Of a DNA stretch of 64,000 bases, positions 48,382 through 58,294 are shown one piece after another (positions within the stretch are counted from its first letter, which is position 1; every line of letters starts with the position of its first letter). Source of the DNA: Spirochaetia bacterium (GTDB lineage Bacteria > Spirochaetota > Spirochaetia > SZUA-6 > Bin103); contig OZ241863.1 of the NCBI GenBank assembly GCA_965203055.1, positions 2,144,001-2,208,000 of the forward strand. Reading direction: 5' to 3'. The translations under genes were made by a program, and so were the position numbers. Below the pieces are notes generated by a model, which was given only the letters and a program-made list of their open reading frames with translations, made no database searches and was not told the origin of the DNA.

Positions 48382-48383
48382 CT

Positions 48384-49553
48384 TCAGCCTCCTGCGCGCG
48401 CCGCCGCGACCGCGGCGCGCGCCGCCTCGGCGAACCCGTCGGCGCGGGTCAGCTCGACGCCGGCCGCGTCGAGCACCGCCAGGCCCTGGTCGACGTTGGT
48501 ACCGGCGAGCCGTACCACGGTGGGCTGCGGCAGGTCGCCGCGCGACTTCGCCGCCACCAGCCCGGCCGCGATCACGTCGGTGCGCGCCAAGCCGCCGAAG
48601 ACGTTGATCAGCACGGCGCGCACCTCGGGGTCGGCGCCGATGATGCCGAGGGCGGCGACGACCGCTTCCTGCCGGTTGGCGGTGCCGATGTCCAGGAAGT
48701 TGGCCGGCTCCCCGCCCGCCAACTTGATCGCGTCCAGCGTAGCCATGGCCAGTCCGGCGCCATTCACCAGACAACCGATGCTACCCTCCAGCTTGACGTA
48801 GTTGTCGATGCCGGCGTCGTGCGCCTGCAGCTCCCGTTCCTCCTCCTGACTGCGGTCGCGCAGCCGGGCCAGCTCCGGCTGCCGGAACAGCGCGTTGTCG
48901 TCCACCGCGAACTTGGCGTCGCCGGCCAGCAGGCGGCCGTCCGCGGCAACCACCAGCGGATTGACCTCTATCATGCTGGCATCGCTGGCCTCGAACGCGG
49001 CCACCAGCGCGCCGAGCAGCCGGGTGGCAGGCCGCAACAGGTCGCCGTCCAGCCCCAAGGCCCCGGCCAGCGCCCGGGCCTGAAACGGCTGCAGCCCGCA
49101 GGCAGGATCGACGTACGCGCGCTCAAGCGCCTCCGGCCGCGCCGCGGCGACCTCTTCGATCTCCATGCCGCCCGCGGCCGAAGCGATCACCACCGGCAAG
49201 CCGACCGAGTTGTCGATGGCCACGCTGAGATAGAGTTCGCGCGCGATGGCGACCCGTTCCTCGACCAGCAGCGCGGCTACCGGCAGACCGCCGGGACCGG
49301 TCTGGTTGGTGACCAGGCGCGCGCCCAGCAGGTCGCGCGCCGCGGCGCCCGCCTCCGCCGGCGTCGCCGCCAGTCTGATGCCGCCCGCCTTGCCACGCGC
49401 GCCGGTGTGCGCCTGCGCCTTGACCACGCAGCCGCGCGGCAGCTCGGCGGCGGCGGCCTCCGCCTGCGCGGCGCTGCGCGCCACGCGCCCGCGCGGCACG
49501 CTCACGCCATACCGCGCCAACAGTTCCTTGGCCTGATACTCGTGCAGCTTCAC
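48384..49553 (-). CDS. sucC: Succinyl-CoA synthetase beta subunit
   Basis: [31 protein letters not shown]. Confidence 0.95.
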   Translation of the reverse strand: MKLHEYQAKELLARYGVSVPRGRVARSAAQAEAAAAELPRGCVVKAQAHTGARGKAGGIRLAATPAEAGAAARDLLGARLVTNQTGPGGLPVAALLVEERVAIARELYLSVAIDNSVGLPVVIASAAGGMEIEEVAAARPEALERAYVDPACGLQPFQARALAGALGLDGDLLRPATRLLGALVAAFEASDASMIEVNPLVVAADGRLLAGDAKFAVDDNALFRQPELARLRDRSQEEERELQAHDAGIDNYVKLEGSIGCLVNGAGLAMATLDAIKLAGGEPANFLDIGTANRQEAVVAALGIIGADPEVRAVLINVFGGLARTDVIAAGLVAAKSRGDLPQPTVVRLAGTNVDQGLAVLDAAGVELTRADGFAEAARAAVAAARAGG

Positions 49554-49653
49554 CTTTGCACTCTCATCGCCGGGTATCCAATCCGGTCGGCGCGGGGCTG
49601 TCAACGCGCCCCGCCGGGGAGGACAGACGGCGGCCGCGCGCTGCGGGTGCCGC

Positions 49654-51174
49654 TTATGGCCGCAGGCCGATGGTCAGACGCCGGCCGCGGCGCAGGACGC
49701 GCACCAGGTACTCATCCTCGCCGCCGTCGCCCAGGATGCGGAAGAAGTCGGCGGCATCGCGGATGGCGGCGCCGTTGATGTGGGTGATCAGGTCCATCTG
49801 GCGGAAGCCGGCGATGGCCGCCGCCCCGGTCTCGTTGACTTGCCCCACCAGCACCCCGCGCCGGCTGCCGCCGATGCCGAGCTGCTCCCGCGCCCGATCG
49901 CTCAGATTGGCGGCCGCCACGTGGACCGGAAAGATACCCGGCCAATCGCGCACCGCGCGCTGGCCGTCGTCGTCCCGCAAGGCCACGCGCACCCGCAACC
50001 GGACCGGCCGGCCGTCGCGCACCACCTCGAAGTTGCTGTCCCGGCCCGGCTCCAGCGCGCCGACGGTTCGTATCAGCTCCGCGCTGCCGGTAACCGCGGC
50101 TCCGTCGACGTGGGTCACCCAGTCGCCGGGGCGCAAGCCGCCGCGCGCGGCCGGCGAGTTTTCGATCACGCTCCAGGCCAGCGCGCCGTCCACGTCGGCG
50201 ACGCCCAGCGCGCTCCGCATCGCGTCGCTGGCCGAGCTGACGAACGCCCCCAGATACCCGTAACGCACGGCGCCGGATTCGATCAGATCGCGGACGCCGC
50301 GCTTGGCGGCGTTGATCGGCAGGGCAAACCCGACGCCGGCGCTGACACCGCTGCGGGACGCGATCCAGGTGTTGACGCCGATCACCTCCCCCTGCAGGTT
50401 GACCAGCGCGCCGCCCGAGTTGCCGGGGTTGATGGCGGCGTCGGTCTGGATGTACTGGGCGATGTTGAGACCGTCGAGACGGCTAGATGGTTCCCGTTCG
50501 AGCGCGCTCACGATGCCGGACGTGACACTCGACTGGAACCCGAACGGGCTGCCGACCGCCAGCACCAGGTCGCCCACCAGCAGCCGGCTCGAGTCCCCGA
50601 GGCGGGCCAGGGGCAGCCCGTCCGGGCCGCGGAACGCGATCACGGCGATGTCCTGCCGCGGGTCGCGGCCCACCAGTTGGGCGCTGAAGTCGCGCCCGTC
50701 GTCCAGGGTCACCGTGATGCCCTCCGCGGCCACGATCACGTGGTTGTTGGTCAGTACGTAGTAGAGGGTGCCGGTGTTGCTGACGATGATGCCCGAGCCG
50801 GTGCCGCCGGGCACCTCCGGCCGGCCGAACTCCGGCACCCGGCGCGGCGCAAAGTCGAAGCGGCTGCGACTGCCGGGCGGCAGCGTGGTTTCGATCTTGA
50901 CCACTACCGGCCGCACGGAAGCGGCGACCTGCCGAAACGAAGCCTGAATTTCCTGCAGCAACGCCATGCCGGAACTCTGTCCCGGCAACGCCGCTGCGGC
51001 CGGTGACGACACCGGGACCTCCGCGGCCGGCGCCAGCGGCTCGAAGGAGGAGGGAGCGCTGTCGTTCGGGTCATCGAAGATGCCGGCCGCGGCCGCGGCG
51101 GCCGCGCTCAGCAAGAGCCCGGCGCCTACCGCAATGAGACGCGGCGACAAGCGGATACGTGCCTGGTCAACCAT
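49654..51174 (-). CDS. DegP/HtrA serine protease with two PDZ domains
   Basis: TNNHV, DIAV, QTDAAINPGNSGG. Confidence 0.94.
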   Translation of the reverse strand: MVDQARIRLSPRLIAVGAGLLLSAAAAAAAGIFDDPNDSAPSSFEPLAPAAEVPVSSPAAAALPGQSSGMALLQEIQASFRQVAASVRPVVVKIETTLPPGSRSRFDFAPRRVPEFGRPEVPGGTGSGIIVSNTGTLYYVLTNNHVIVAAEGITVTLDDGRDFSAQLVGRDPRQDIAVIAFRGPDGLPLARLGDSSRLLVGDLVLAVGSPFGFQSSVTSGIVSALEREPSSRLDGLNIAQYIQTDAAINPGNSGGALVNLQGEVIGVNTWIASRSGVSAGVGFALPINAAKRGVRDLIESGAVRYGYLGAFVSSASDAMRSALGVADVDGALAWSVIENSPAARGGLRPGDWVTHVDGAAVTGSAELIRTVGALEPGRDSNFEVVRDGRPVRLRVRVALRDDDGQRAVRDWPGIFPVHVAAANLSDRAREQLGIGGSRRGVLVGQVNETGAAAIAGFRQMDLITHINGAAIRDAADFFRILGDGGEDEYLVRVLRRGRRLTIGLRP

Positions 51175-51468
51175 GGTCCTGAACCTCGTTGCTCATTCGT
51201 GTCGATACCATTGTAGAGAACCGCGGCCACGTTGCCTCGCAGTTAACCTGCCGTTAAGGAGCGGCAACATCAGGCCGGCTCGGTGGCCGTCACGGCGGCG
51301 TCACGGCGGCCAACGACACGACGCCGTACCGGCGATTGAGGCGCGGATAGTCGAGCGCCTCGCAGTCGGCCAGTGCGGTGACCACGGCTTCCTGAAAGAA
51401 GTTGGCGTCTCGCCACCCGCTTGCGAATCAGATAAAATCGTATACATGTTGTACCCGACCGAGTACGC

Positions 51469-52761
51469 ATGATTCGCGCTTGGCTCCTCGATTATCGACC
51501 CCTCGGCCAGTCTCTTGCAAGCGCCGCCGCGGCCGCCGCCGCTACCCTGCCGCAGCACTTCACCCGGCTCGCGCCGCCGGGCGACGGGCGGTGCGAGTGG
51601 GCGCTGCTCACCACCTGCCACCGCTGCGAAGTGTACACCTTCCAGGCGCGCGGGGAGGCGGTGCAGGCCCTGTTGCGGGCGCACCTCCCATCCGCCGCGG
51701 CGCAAGCCTCGGTGGTGCGCTGCGGCTCCGCGGCGGCGCGCCACCTGATGCGCGTCGCCGCGGGCCTGGACTCGATGCTGCTCGGCGAGACCGACGTCCA
51801 GCACCAGGTGGTCGGGGCGCTGGCTCAGGCGGCGCAGGCGGGCGGCGCAGGCCCGGTGCTGGACGCCCTGTTTCGCGCCGCCATTCACGCCGGCAAGCGG
51901 GTGCGGACGGCCACCGCGATCGGCCGCCACGCCACCTCCCTGGCGCCGGCGGCGGTCGATCTGGTGGCGACGCGGCTGGGCTCGATCAGGCAGGCGCAGG
52001 CCCTCGTGTTCGGCGCCGGCGCCATGGCGCAACGCGCCTGCGAGCGCCTGCGGGCGCTCGGCGTCGGCGGGCTGACCGTCGCCAACCGCACCCTTGCCCG
52101 CGCCCAGGAGCTGGCGCGCGCCTGCGGCGGCCGCGCCGTGCCGTGGGAAGGCGGCCTCACGGCGCTGGGCGCGGCCGACGTCGCCATTGCCGCCACCGCG
52201 GCCCCGGAACCGTTCATCGACAGCCGGATGCTGCGCGCGGCGACCGGCGCCCGGCCGCGGCGCCCGCTGCATCTGGTCGATCTGGCGCTGCCCCGCAACG
52301 TGCAACGGGACGCCGCTGCGCCGGCCGCGGTCCGCTACTACGACTTCGCCGATCTGGTGGAGGCCACGCGCGCCAGCCATGCGGCGCGCGCCGCGGAAGT
52401 GCCGCGCGCCGAAGCGGTCATCGACCAGGAGTTGGCGCGCTTCCGAGACTGGTTGCAGCACCGCGCCATTGCGCCTACCCTGCGCCTGCTCGGCGAACTC
52501 GGCAGCGCCGCCCGCGATGCCGAGTTGGAACGGGCCTGGCGGCGGCTGCCGGAACTTTCCGCCCGCGAGCGGCGGGTGGTCGAGTCACTGGCCCACAACG
52601 TGGCGCGGCGGCTCCTGCGCCGGCCGCTGCAGCGGCTGCGGGCGGCGGCCGGCAGCGCGCAGGCGGAACACTATCGGGCGGTGGTGGAGCACCTGTTCGC
52701 CGGCCCCGAATCCGTCGGCCGCCGCGGCGCCGGCTTGGCGCCGGACGATTCCACTACCTGA
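51469..52761 (+). CDS. hemA: Glutamyl-tRNA reductase
   Basis: TTCHRCE, GLDSMLLGE, GAGAM, ANRT, DLALPRN. Confidence 0.9.
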   Translation: MIRAWLLDYRPLGQSLASAAAAAAATLPQHFTRLAPPGDGRCEWALLTTCHRCEVYTFQARGEAVQALLRAHLPSAAAQASVVRCGSAAARHLMRVAAGLDSMLLGETDVQHQVVGALAQAAQAGGAGPVLDALFRAAIHAGKRVRTATAIGRHATSLAPAAVDLVATRLGSIRQAQALVFGAGAMAQRACERLRALGVGGLTVANRTLARAQELARACGGRAVPWEGGLTALGAADVAIAATAAPEPFIDSRMLRAATGARPRRPLHLVDLALPRNVQRDAAAPAAVRYYDFADLVEATRASHAARAAEVPRAEAVIDQELARFRDWLQHRAIAPTLRLLGELGSAARDAELERAWRRLPELSARERRVVESLAHNVARRLLRRPLQRLRAAAGSAQAEHYRAVVEHLFAGPESVGRRGAGLAPDDSTT

Positions 52762-52776
52762 TCCGGGAGCACATTC

Positions 52777-53481
52777 ATGGCCGCCAGCGAGTCACCGCGC
52801 CGCACCCCCCGCACCCTCAGTCACTTCGCGCTGCTGCGCTTCACCGATGCCTACTGGCAACTCGACGCGGCCCGGCGCCGGCAGCATCGCCAGGCGCTGT
52901 GGGAGGGGTTGGCGGGGGTGGCGGACGCCGTGCATCTCTACCAGACGTTCCCCCTGCACGACAGCGCCGACCTGGTGGTCTGGAGCGCGCTGCAGGCGGC
53001 GGAGCCGGAGCGCGTCCATGACTACTTTCGCGATCTCGCGCAGCTCCTGGCGCCGCTGCGCCCGCTGCTGGAAGTGAAGCGGCCGCTGTGGGGCTTCACG
53101 CGTCCCTCGACCTATACCAGGAGCCGCTCCACGCAGGAGATCGATCCCTTCAGCGCGGCCCGCAAGCGCTTCCTGATCGTCTATCCGTTCGTCAAGACCA
53201 GCGCCTGGTACGCGTTGAGCCGCGATACCCGGCAAGGGATGATGAACGGCCACATCCGGGTTGGGAAGGAGTACCCCGACGTTACCCAGTTGCTGCTCTA
53301 TTCGGTGGGGGTGCAGGATCAGGAGTTCGTCGTGGTCTACGAGACCGATGACCTGACGCGGTTCTCCGATCTGGTGAACCAGTTGCGCAGCACCGAGGCG
53401 CGCGCCTACACCGAGCGCGACACGCCGCTGACCTGCGCGCTCCACCACCCCACGGCGAGCGCGCTCGAGTTGTTCGCGTGA
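52777..53481 (+). CDS. Chlorite dismutase-like protein, probable coproheme decarboxylase (ChdC/HemQ)
   Basis: VYPFVK..WY..R..MM.GHIRVG..DQEFVV; lies inside heme operon. Confidence 0.82.
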   Translation: MAASESPRRTPRTLSHFALLRFTDAYWQLDAARRRQHRQALWEGLAGVADAVHLYQTFPLHDSADLVVWSALQAAEPERVHDYFRDLAQLLAPLRPLLEVKRPLWGFTRPSTYTRSRSTQEIDPFSAARKRFLIVYPFVKTSAWYALSRDTRQGMMNGHIRVGKEYPDVTQLLLYSVGVQDQEFVVVYETDDLTRFSDLVNQLRSTEARAYTERDTPLTCALHHPTASALELFA

Positions 53482-53500
53482 GCGCCGCCGGCGGGCGCGG

Positions 53501-54571
53501 GTGAGCGCCGTTCCGCTGCTCGCCGCCTGCCGCCGGCAGGCGGTGGCGCGCGTGCCGATCTGGCTGATGCGGCAGGCGGGACGCTACCTGCCGGAGTACC
53601 GCGAACTGCGCTCCCGGCATGGCATGCTGGAGCTGATCGGCAGCCCGGAGCTGGCCGCCAGGGTGACCTTGCAGCCGTTGCGGCGCTTCGACCTGGACGC
53701 GGCAATCATCTTCGCCGACATCCTGCCTCCGCTCATGGGCATGGGACTGGAACTGTCGTTCGGGCGCGGCGCCGGTCCCGCGATTCACAACCCGATTCGC
53801 GCGCCGGCCGACGTGGACGCGCTGCGGGTGCCCGATCCGCACCGGCACGCGGCGGCGACGTTGCGCGCCCTGCAACTGGTGCGCGGCGAGCTGCCGCCGG
53901 CGGTAGCTCTGATCGGCTTCGCCGGCGCTCCGTTCACCCTCGCGACCTACGCCATCGAGGGCGGCGCCTCGCGCCAGTTCACCCTCACCAAGCGGATGAT
54001 GTTCGAGCAGCCGGCGGCGTGGCATGCGCTGATGACCAAGCTGGCGCGGATGGTGACCGAGTATCTGGCCGCCCAGGCCGCGGCCGGGGCGCAGGTGCTG
54101 CAGCTCTTCGATAGCTGGGCGGGGGCGCTGAGCGCCGCCGACTACCGCGAGCACGTGCTGCCCTACGTGCAACAGATCGGCGCCGGCCTGCAGGCCGCGG
54201 GGGCGCCGTTGATCTACTTCAGCACCGGCACCACCGGCCTGCTGCACCTGCTGGCCGGGCTGCGGTGCGCGGTCCTGAGCGTGGACTGGCGCGCCGACCT
54301 GGCCGCGGTGCGGCGCCTGCTGCCGGACGCCATGGCGCTGCAGGGCAACCTGGAGCCGGCGCTGTTGTTCGCGCCGCCGGAGGTGTTGGAGCGGCGCGCG
54401 CGCGCCATCCTCGCCGCGGCGGCGGCCACGCCGGGGTTCATCTTCAACCTCGGTCACGGCGTCCTGCCCCAGACCCCGCCCGCCGCGGTCGCGCGGCTGG
54501 TCGAGCTCGTCCACGGCTTCCCGCTGCCGGCCGCGGCCGCCGGCGCCGCGCCGCGAGGGGCGGGCGCATGA
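53501..54571 (+). CDS. hemE: Uroporphyrinogen decarboxylase
   Basis: WLMRQAGRYLPEY, GFAGAPFTL, FNLGHG. Confidence 0.96.
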   Translation: MSAVPLLAACRRQAVARVPIWLMRQAGRYLPEYRELRSRHGMLELIGSPELAARVTLQPLRRFDLDAAIIFADILPPLMGMGLELSFGRGAGPAIHNPIRAPADVDALRVPDPHRHAAATLRALQLVRGELPPAVALIGFAGAPFTLATYAIEGGASRQFTLTKRMMFEQPAAWHALMTKLARMVTEYLAAQAAAGAQVLQLFDSWAGALSAADYREHVLPYVQQIGAGLQAAGAPLIYFSTGTTGLLHLLAGLRCAVLSVDWRADLAAVRRLLPDAMALQGNLEPALLFAPPEVLERRARAILAAAAATPGFIFNLGHGVLPQTPPAAVARLVELVHGFPLPAAAAGAAPRGAGA

Positions 54572-55497
54572 GCCTGCTCGGGGTATTGGTGATGGCCTAC
54601 GGCGGTCCCGACTCGCTCGCTGACGTGCCCGCCTACCTGCAGGACATTCGCGGCGGCCGGCCGACCCCGCCTGCCCTGGTAGCGGAGGTTCGGGAGCGCT
54701 ACCGCAGGATCGGCGGCCGCTCGCCCCTGCGCGCCGCCACCGAGCGGCAGGCCGCGGCCCTGGGTCAGGCCTTGCGCGAGCGCGGCGTCGAGGCGGTGGT
54801 GGCGGTGGGGATGCGGCACTGGCAGCCGCGCATTGCCGCGGCGGTCGGCCGGCTGGCCGAGCAGGGCGTAACCCGGGCGGTCGGGGTGGCGCTGGCGCCG
54901 CACTATTCCCGGCGCAGCGTCGGCGCCTACCAGGAGCAGGTCCGCGCCGCGGCGGCCGGGCTGCCGGCGGCGCCGCGCTTCGCCTTCGTCTCCCACTTCG
55001 GCGACCACCCGCGCTTCATTGCCGCGGTAGCGCGCGGCCTGCTGCAGGTGCGGGCGGCGCTGCGCGATCCGGCTCGCGCCCGGGTGCTGTTCTCCGCCCA
55101 CAGCCTGCCGGCCGCGTGGGTAGCGGGCGGCGACCCCTACCCCGCGCAGCTGCGCGCTTCGGCGGCCGCGGCGGCGGCGCGCGCCGGCCTGCAGCCATGG
55201 CAGTGGCGGCAGTGCTTCCAGTCGGCCGGAGCGCGCCCCGGGGCGTGGCTGGGGCCGTCGCTGGAGGAGGAGCTGCGCGCCGCGGCCGGCGCCGGCGTAC
55301 GTGAGGTGACCGTGGCGCCGTTCGGCTTCGTGGCCGACCACGTCGAGATCCTGTTCGACATCGACCTCGAGCTGCGCGCGCTCGGCGAATCGCTTGGGGT
55401 ACGGGTGACGCGTACCCCGGCGCTCGGCAGCGACCCGGAGCTGATCGCAGCGCTGGCCGACCGGGTGCAGGAGGCCGCGGCTGCGGGCCTGCGGTGA
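54568..55497 (+). CDS. hemH: Ferrochelatase
   Basis: MAYGGP, IGGRSPL, FSAHSLP, FQS..WLGP, FVADHVEIL.DID. Confidence 0.93.
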   Translation: MSLLGVLVMAYGGPDSLADVPAYLQDIRGGRPTPPALVAEVRERYRRIGGRSPLRAATERQAAALGQALRERGVEAVVAVGMRHWQPRIAAAVGRLAEQGVTRAVGVALAPHYSRRSVGAYQEQVRAAAAGLPAAPRFAFVSHFGDHPRFIAAVARGLLQVRAALRDPARARVLFSAHSLPAAWVAGGDPYPAQLRASAAAAAARAGLQPWQWRQCFQSAGARPGAWLGPSLEEELRAAAGAGVREVTVAPFGFVADHVEILFDIDLELRALGESLGVRVTRTPALGSDPELIAALADRVQEAAAAGLR

Positions 55498-55528
55498 CGG
55501 ACCTGGGGGCCGGCGGCGCGCGCGGGTA

Positions 55529-56929
55529 GTGGTGGTGGGCGCCGGCATCACCGGTCTGGCCACCGCCTATTACCTGCAGCGCAGCGCCGCGGCCGAACAG
55601 TGCGAGGTGGCGGTGCTGGAGGCCGCGCCGCGGCCCGGCGGCAAGTTGCGCACCGAACGCCGCGACGGCTTTCTGCTGGAGGCCGGTCCCGACTCGTTCC
55701 TGACCGGCAAGCCGGACGCGGTCGAGCTGTGCCGCGAGCTGGGCCTTGCGCCCTCCCTGATCGCGCAGTCGCAGCCGCGCGCCGCCTTCGTGCTGCGCCG
55801 CGGCCGGCTGGTGCCGATCCCGCCCGGCATGCGGCTGGTCCACCCGACCCGGCCGTGGGCGCTGCTGCGTTCTCCGCTGCTGTCGCCGGGCGGGCGGATT
55901 CGGGCGTTGGCCCACCCCCTGGTGCCGCCGCGGCGCGGCGCCGGAGATGAGAGCGTCGGCGCCTTCGTGCAGCGCCGCTACGGGGCGGAGCTGCTGCGCG
56001 TGCTCGGCGAGCCGCTGTTGGCCGGCATCCATCTGGCCGACCCCTGGCGGCTCAGTTTGGCGGCCACCTTCCCGGCGCTGCGCAGCGCCGGGCGCCGGCC
56101 GGCCGCGCCGCCGCCGACCCCGCCGCCGGGCCCGCCGGAACTGGCGCACCTGCGCGGCAGCCCGTTCGCGAGCCTCACCGGCGGCATGGAGCAACTCGCC
56201 GGCGCGCTGGCGGCGCGGCTGGGCAAGTCGCTGCGCACCGGCGCCGCGGCGGCGGCCATCGATCGCGCGCCGCGCGGCTACCGCGTGCGCCTGCGGGCGC
56301 CGGCCAGGCGCGCCGCGGGCGAGGAGCTTGCCGCCGCGGCGGTGGTGGTCACCACGCCGGCGGCCGCCGCGGCGCCGCTGGTGAGGCGCGTCAACCCACC
56401 GCTGGCGCAGCTTCTCGCCGCCGCCGAGGCCGCCTCTTCGGCCATCGTCACGCTCGGCTACCGCGACCCGCGCGTTGCGCTGCCGCGGCCCGGCTCCGGG
56501 TTCGTGGTGCCGCGCGGCGAAGGCAGCCGCCTGTTGGCCTGCACCTGGAGCTCCGGCAAGTGGGCCGGGCGCGCTCCGGCGGGCGGCGTCCTGGTACGGG
56601 GGTTCGTCGGCGGCTGGCGCCAGCCGGAACTGCCGGCGCGCACCGACGCCGAGCTGATCGCGCTGGTCGAGGCCGAGCTCGGCGCCATCCTGGGCGGCGG
56701 CTTCGCCCACGCCCGCCGGCCGGCCGTCAGCGGCGTGCAGCGCTGGCCGGGCGGCACCCCGCTGTATCGCGTCGGCCATCACCGGTGGCTGGCCCAGGTG
56801 CGGGCGGCCGGCGCCGCCACGCCCGGCCTGTGGCTCGCCGGCGCGGCCTACGACGGCGCCGGCATCCCCGACTGCATCCGCCAGGCCCGCGCCGCCGCCG
56901 GCGCCGTAGCCGCCTTCCTCACCGCATGA
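55529..56929 (+). CDS. hemY: HemY-type (co/proto)porphyrinogen oxidase; true start may be GTG 55494 via a G-run indel
   Basis: GAGITGL, EAGPDSF, Y.VGH, G.GIPDCI. Confidence 0.9.
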   Translation: MVVGAGITGLATAYYLQRSAAAEQCEVAVLEAAPRPGGKLRTERRDGFLLEAGPDSFLTGKPDAVELCRELGLAPSLIAQSQPRAAFVLRRGRLVPIPPGMRLVHPTRPWALLRSPLLSPGGRIRALAHPLVPPRRGAGDESVGAFVQRRYGAELLRVLGEPLLAGIHLADPWRLSLAATFPALRSAGRRPAAPPPTPPPGPPELAHLRGSPFASLTGGMEQLAGALAARLGKSLRTGAAAAAIDRAPRGYRVRLRAPARRAAGEELAAAAVVVTTPAAAAAPLVRRVNPPLAQLLAAAEAASSAIVTLGYRDPRVALPRPGSGFVVPRGEGSRLLACTWSSGKWAGRAPAGGVLVRGFVGGWRQPELPARTDAELIALVEAELGAILGGGFAHARRPAVSGVQRWPGGTPLYRVGHHRWLAQVRAAGAATPGLWLAGAAYDGAGIPDCIRQARAAAGAVAAFLTA

Positions 56930-56942
56930 ACCGATTCGGCCT

Positions 56943-57671
56943 TCAGGGCACCAGCTCGGCGATCGCCCGGACGATGCGGTCGGGGCGTACCGCGGCCTGC
57001 GCCGGCAAGCCCTCGGCGCGGCTGTCCACCCATACCGTGCGCAGGCCGACGGCCTGGCCGCCGGCTATGTCCTTGGCCAAGTCATCGCCGACCATCCAGG
57101 CGTGCTCCGGCGGCGCGCGGAGCGCCGCCAGGGCGTGCTCGAACACCTCCGGCGACGGCTTGCCGATCCCGAACTCCCCCTCCACCACTACCACGTCGAA
57201 GCGCGGCGCCAGTTGCACCTGTTCGATCTTGGCGCGCTGACCGGCCGCCTCGCCGTTGGTGACCAGCGCCAGCGCCACCCCCCGGCGGCGCAGCTCGGCG
57301 AGCGTTTCCAGGGCGCCGGCGAACGGCTGCAGCGCCTCGATGCGGGCCTGCACCACGAATGGGCCAACCCAGCGCGAAATGCCGTCGTCGCGCAGCGCGA
57401 GCTGCCGCAGGGCGCGGCGGGCGATGCGGGAGCGCGCCTCGGCCTGTTGGAGGCGGCCCCAGTCGGCCCGCTCAGGGTCCTGCCAATACCAGCGGTCGGC
57501 GGTCAGAAACGCCTGCCGGAGCCGGCCCCGGTCCAGCCCGCGGGTGCGCGCCAGTTCGGCCGCCGCCCGCTCCCAGGCGGCGCGCGACGCGCGGTGGGTA
57601 TCGACGACCGTGTCGTCCATGTCGAACAGGATGGCGGCGGGGAGCGCGGCGCCGGCGGCAGCATGATCCAC
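56943..57671 (-). CDS. HAD-superfamily hydrolase
   Basis: FDMDDT, VTNG, GKP, VGDDL..DI. Confidence 0.9.
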   Translation of the reverse strand: MDHAAAGAALPAAILFDMDDTVVDTHRASRAAWERAAAELARTRGLDRGRLRQAFLTADRWYWQDPERADWGRLQQAEARSRIARRALRQLALRDDGISRWVGPFVVQARIEALQPFAGALETLAELRRRGVALALVTNGEAAGQRAKIEQVQLAPRFDVVVVEGEFGIGKPSPEVFEHALAALRAPPEHAWMVGDDLAKDIAGGQAVGLRTVWVDSRAEGLPAQAAVRPDRIVRAIAELVP

Positions 57672-57826
57672 GCTGCCACGGTAGGCCACGACGGCGCCCT
57701 GTTCAACGGCCCGCGGCGCCGCCGCGCGCCGCGCGGTTGATCTTTCGCATGGTTGCGGCGACAATAGGGTTCTGAGAGAGCGCAGCTTGCCGGTCGCCGG
57801 TTGCAGCCCCGAGGAAACGAGAGCGC

Positions 57827-58294
57827 ATGACCATCTACCGTGAATTGCAACTTCAACCAATCAGCTCCGTCGCGCTGGAGACGGCGTTGACCGTCAGCAG
57901 CGACACCGCCGCCGGCGAGGTGGTGGCCGCCATGCGGGCCGCGCGGAGCAGTCACGCGCTGGTGCTGGACGGCGGGCGCTTGGCGGGTATCTTCACCTAC
58001 CGCGATCTGCTGGTACGGGCGGTGACCCCCGACGGTCTGCCGGCCGCGCCGGTGCGCCAATTCATGACGCCCGACCCGACCACGCTGCCCGCCGCGGCGC
58101 CGCTGAGCGAGGCGATCGAACCGATGGCCGCGGGCGGCTACCGCCACCTCCCGGTCGCCGACGGCGCGGGCGGCTACCTCGGGGTCCTTACCAGCCACAA
58201 CCTGTTCCAGTTTCTCGCCGAGCTGTTGCCCGACCGCATCCTCAATCTGCCGCCGCGGCCGCACCAGACGCTGCGCGTGCCGGACGGCGCGTGA
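57827..58294 (+). CDS. CBS-domain protein
   Basis: GIFTYRD, FMTPDP, YRHLPV. Confidence 0.88.
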   Translation: MTIYRELQLQPISSVALETALTVSSDTAAGEVVAAMRAARSSHALVLDGGRLAGIFTYRDLLVRAVTPDGLPAAPVRQFMTPDPTTLPAAAPLSEAIEPMAAGGYRHLPVADGAGGYLGVLTSHNLFQFLAELLPDRILNLPPRPHQTLRVPDGA

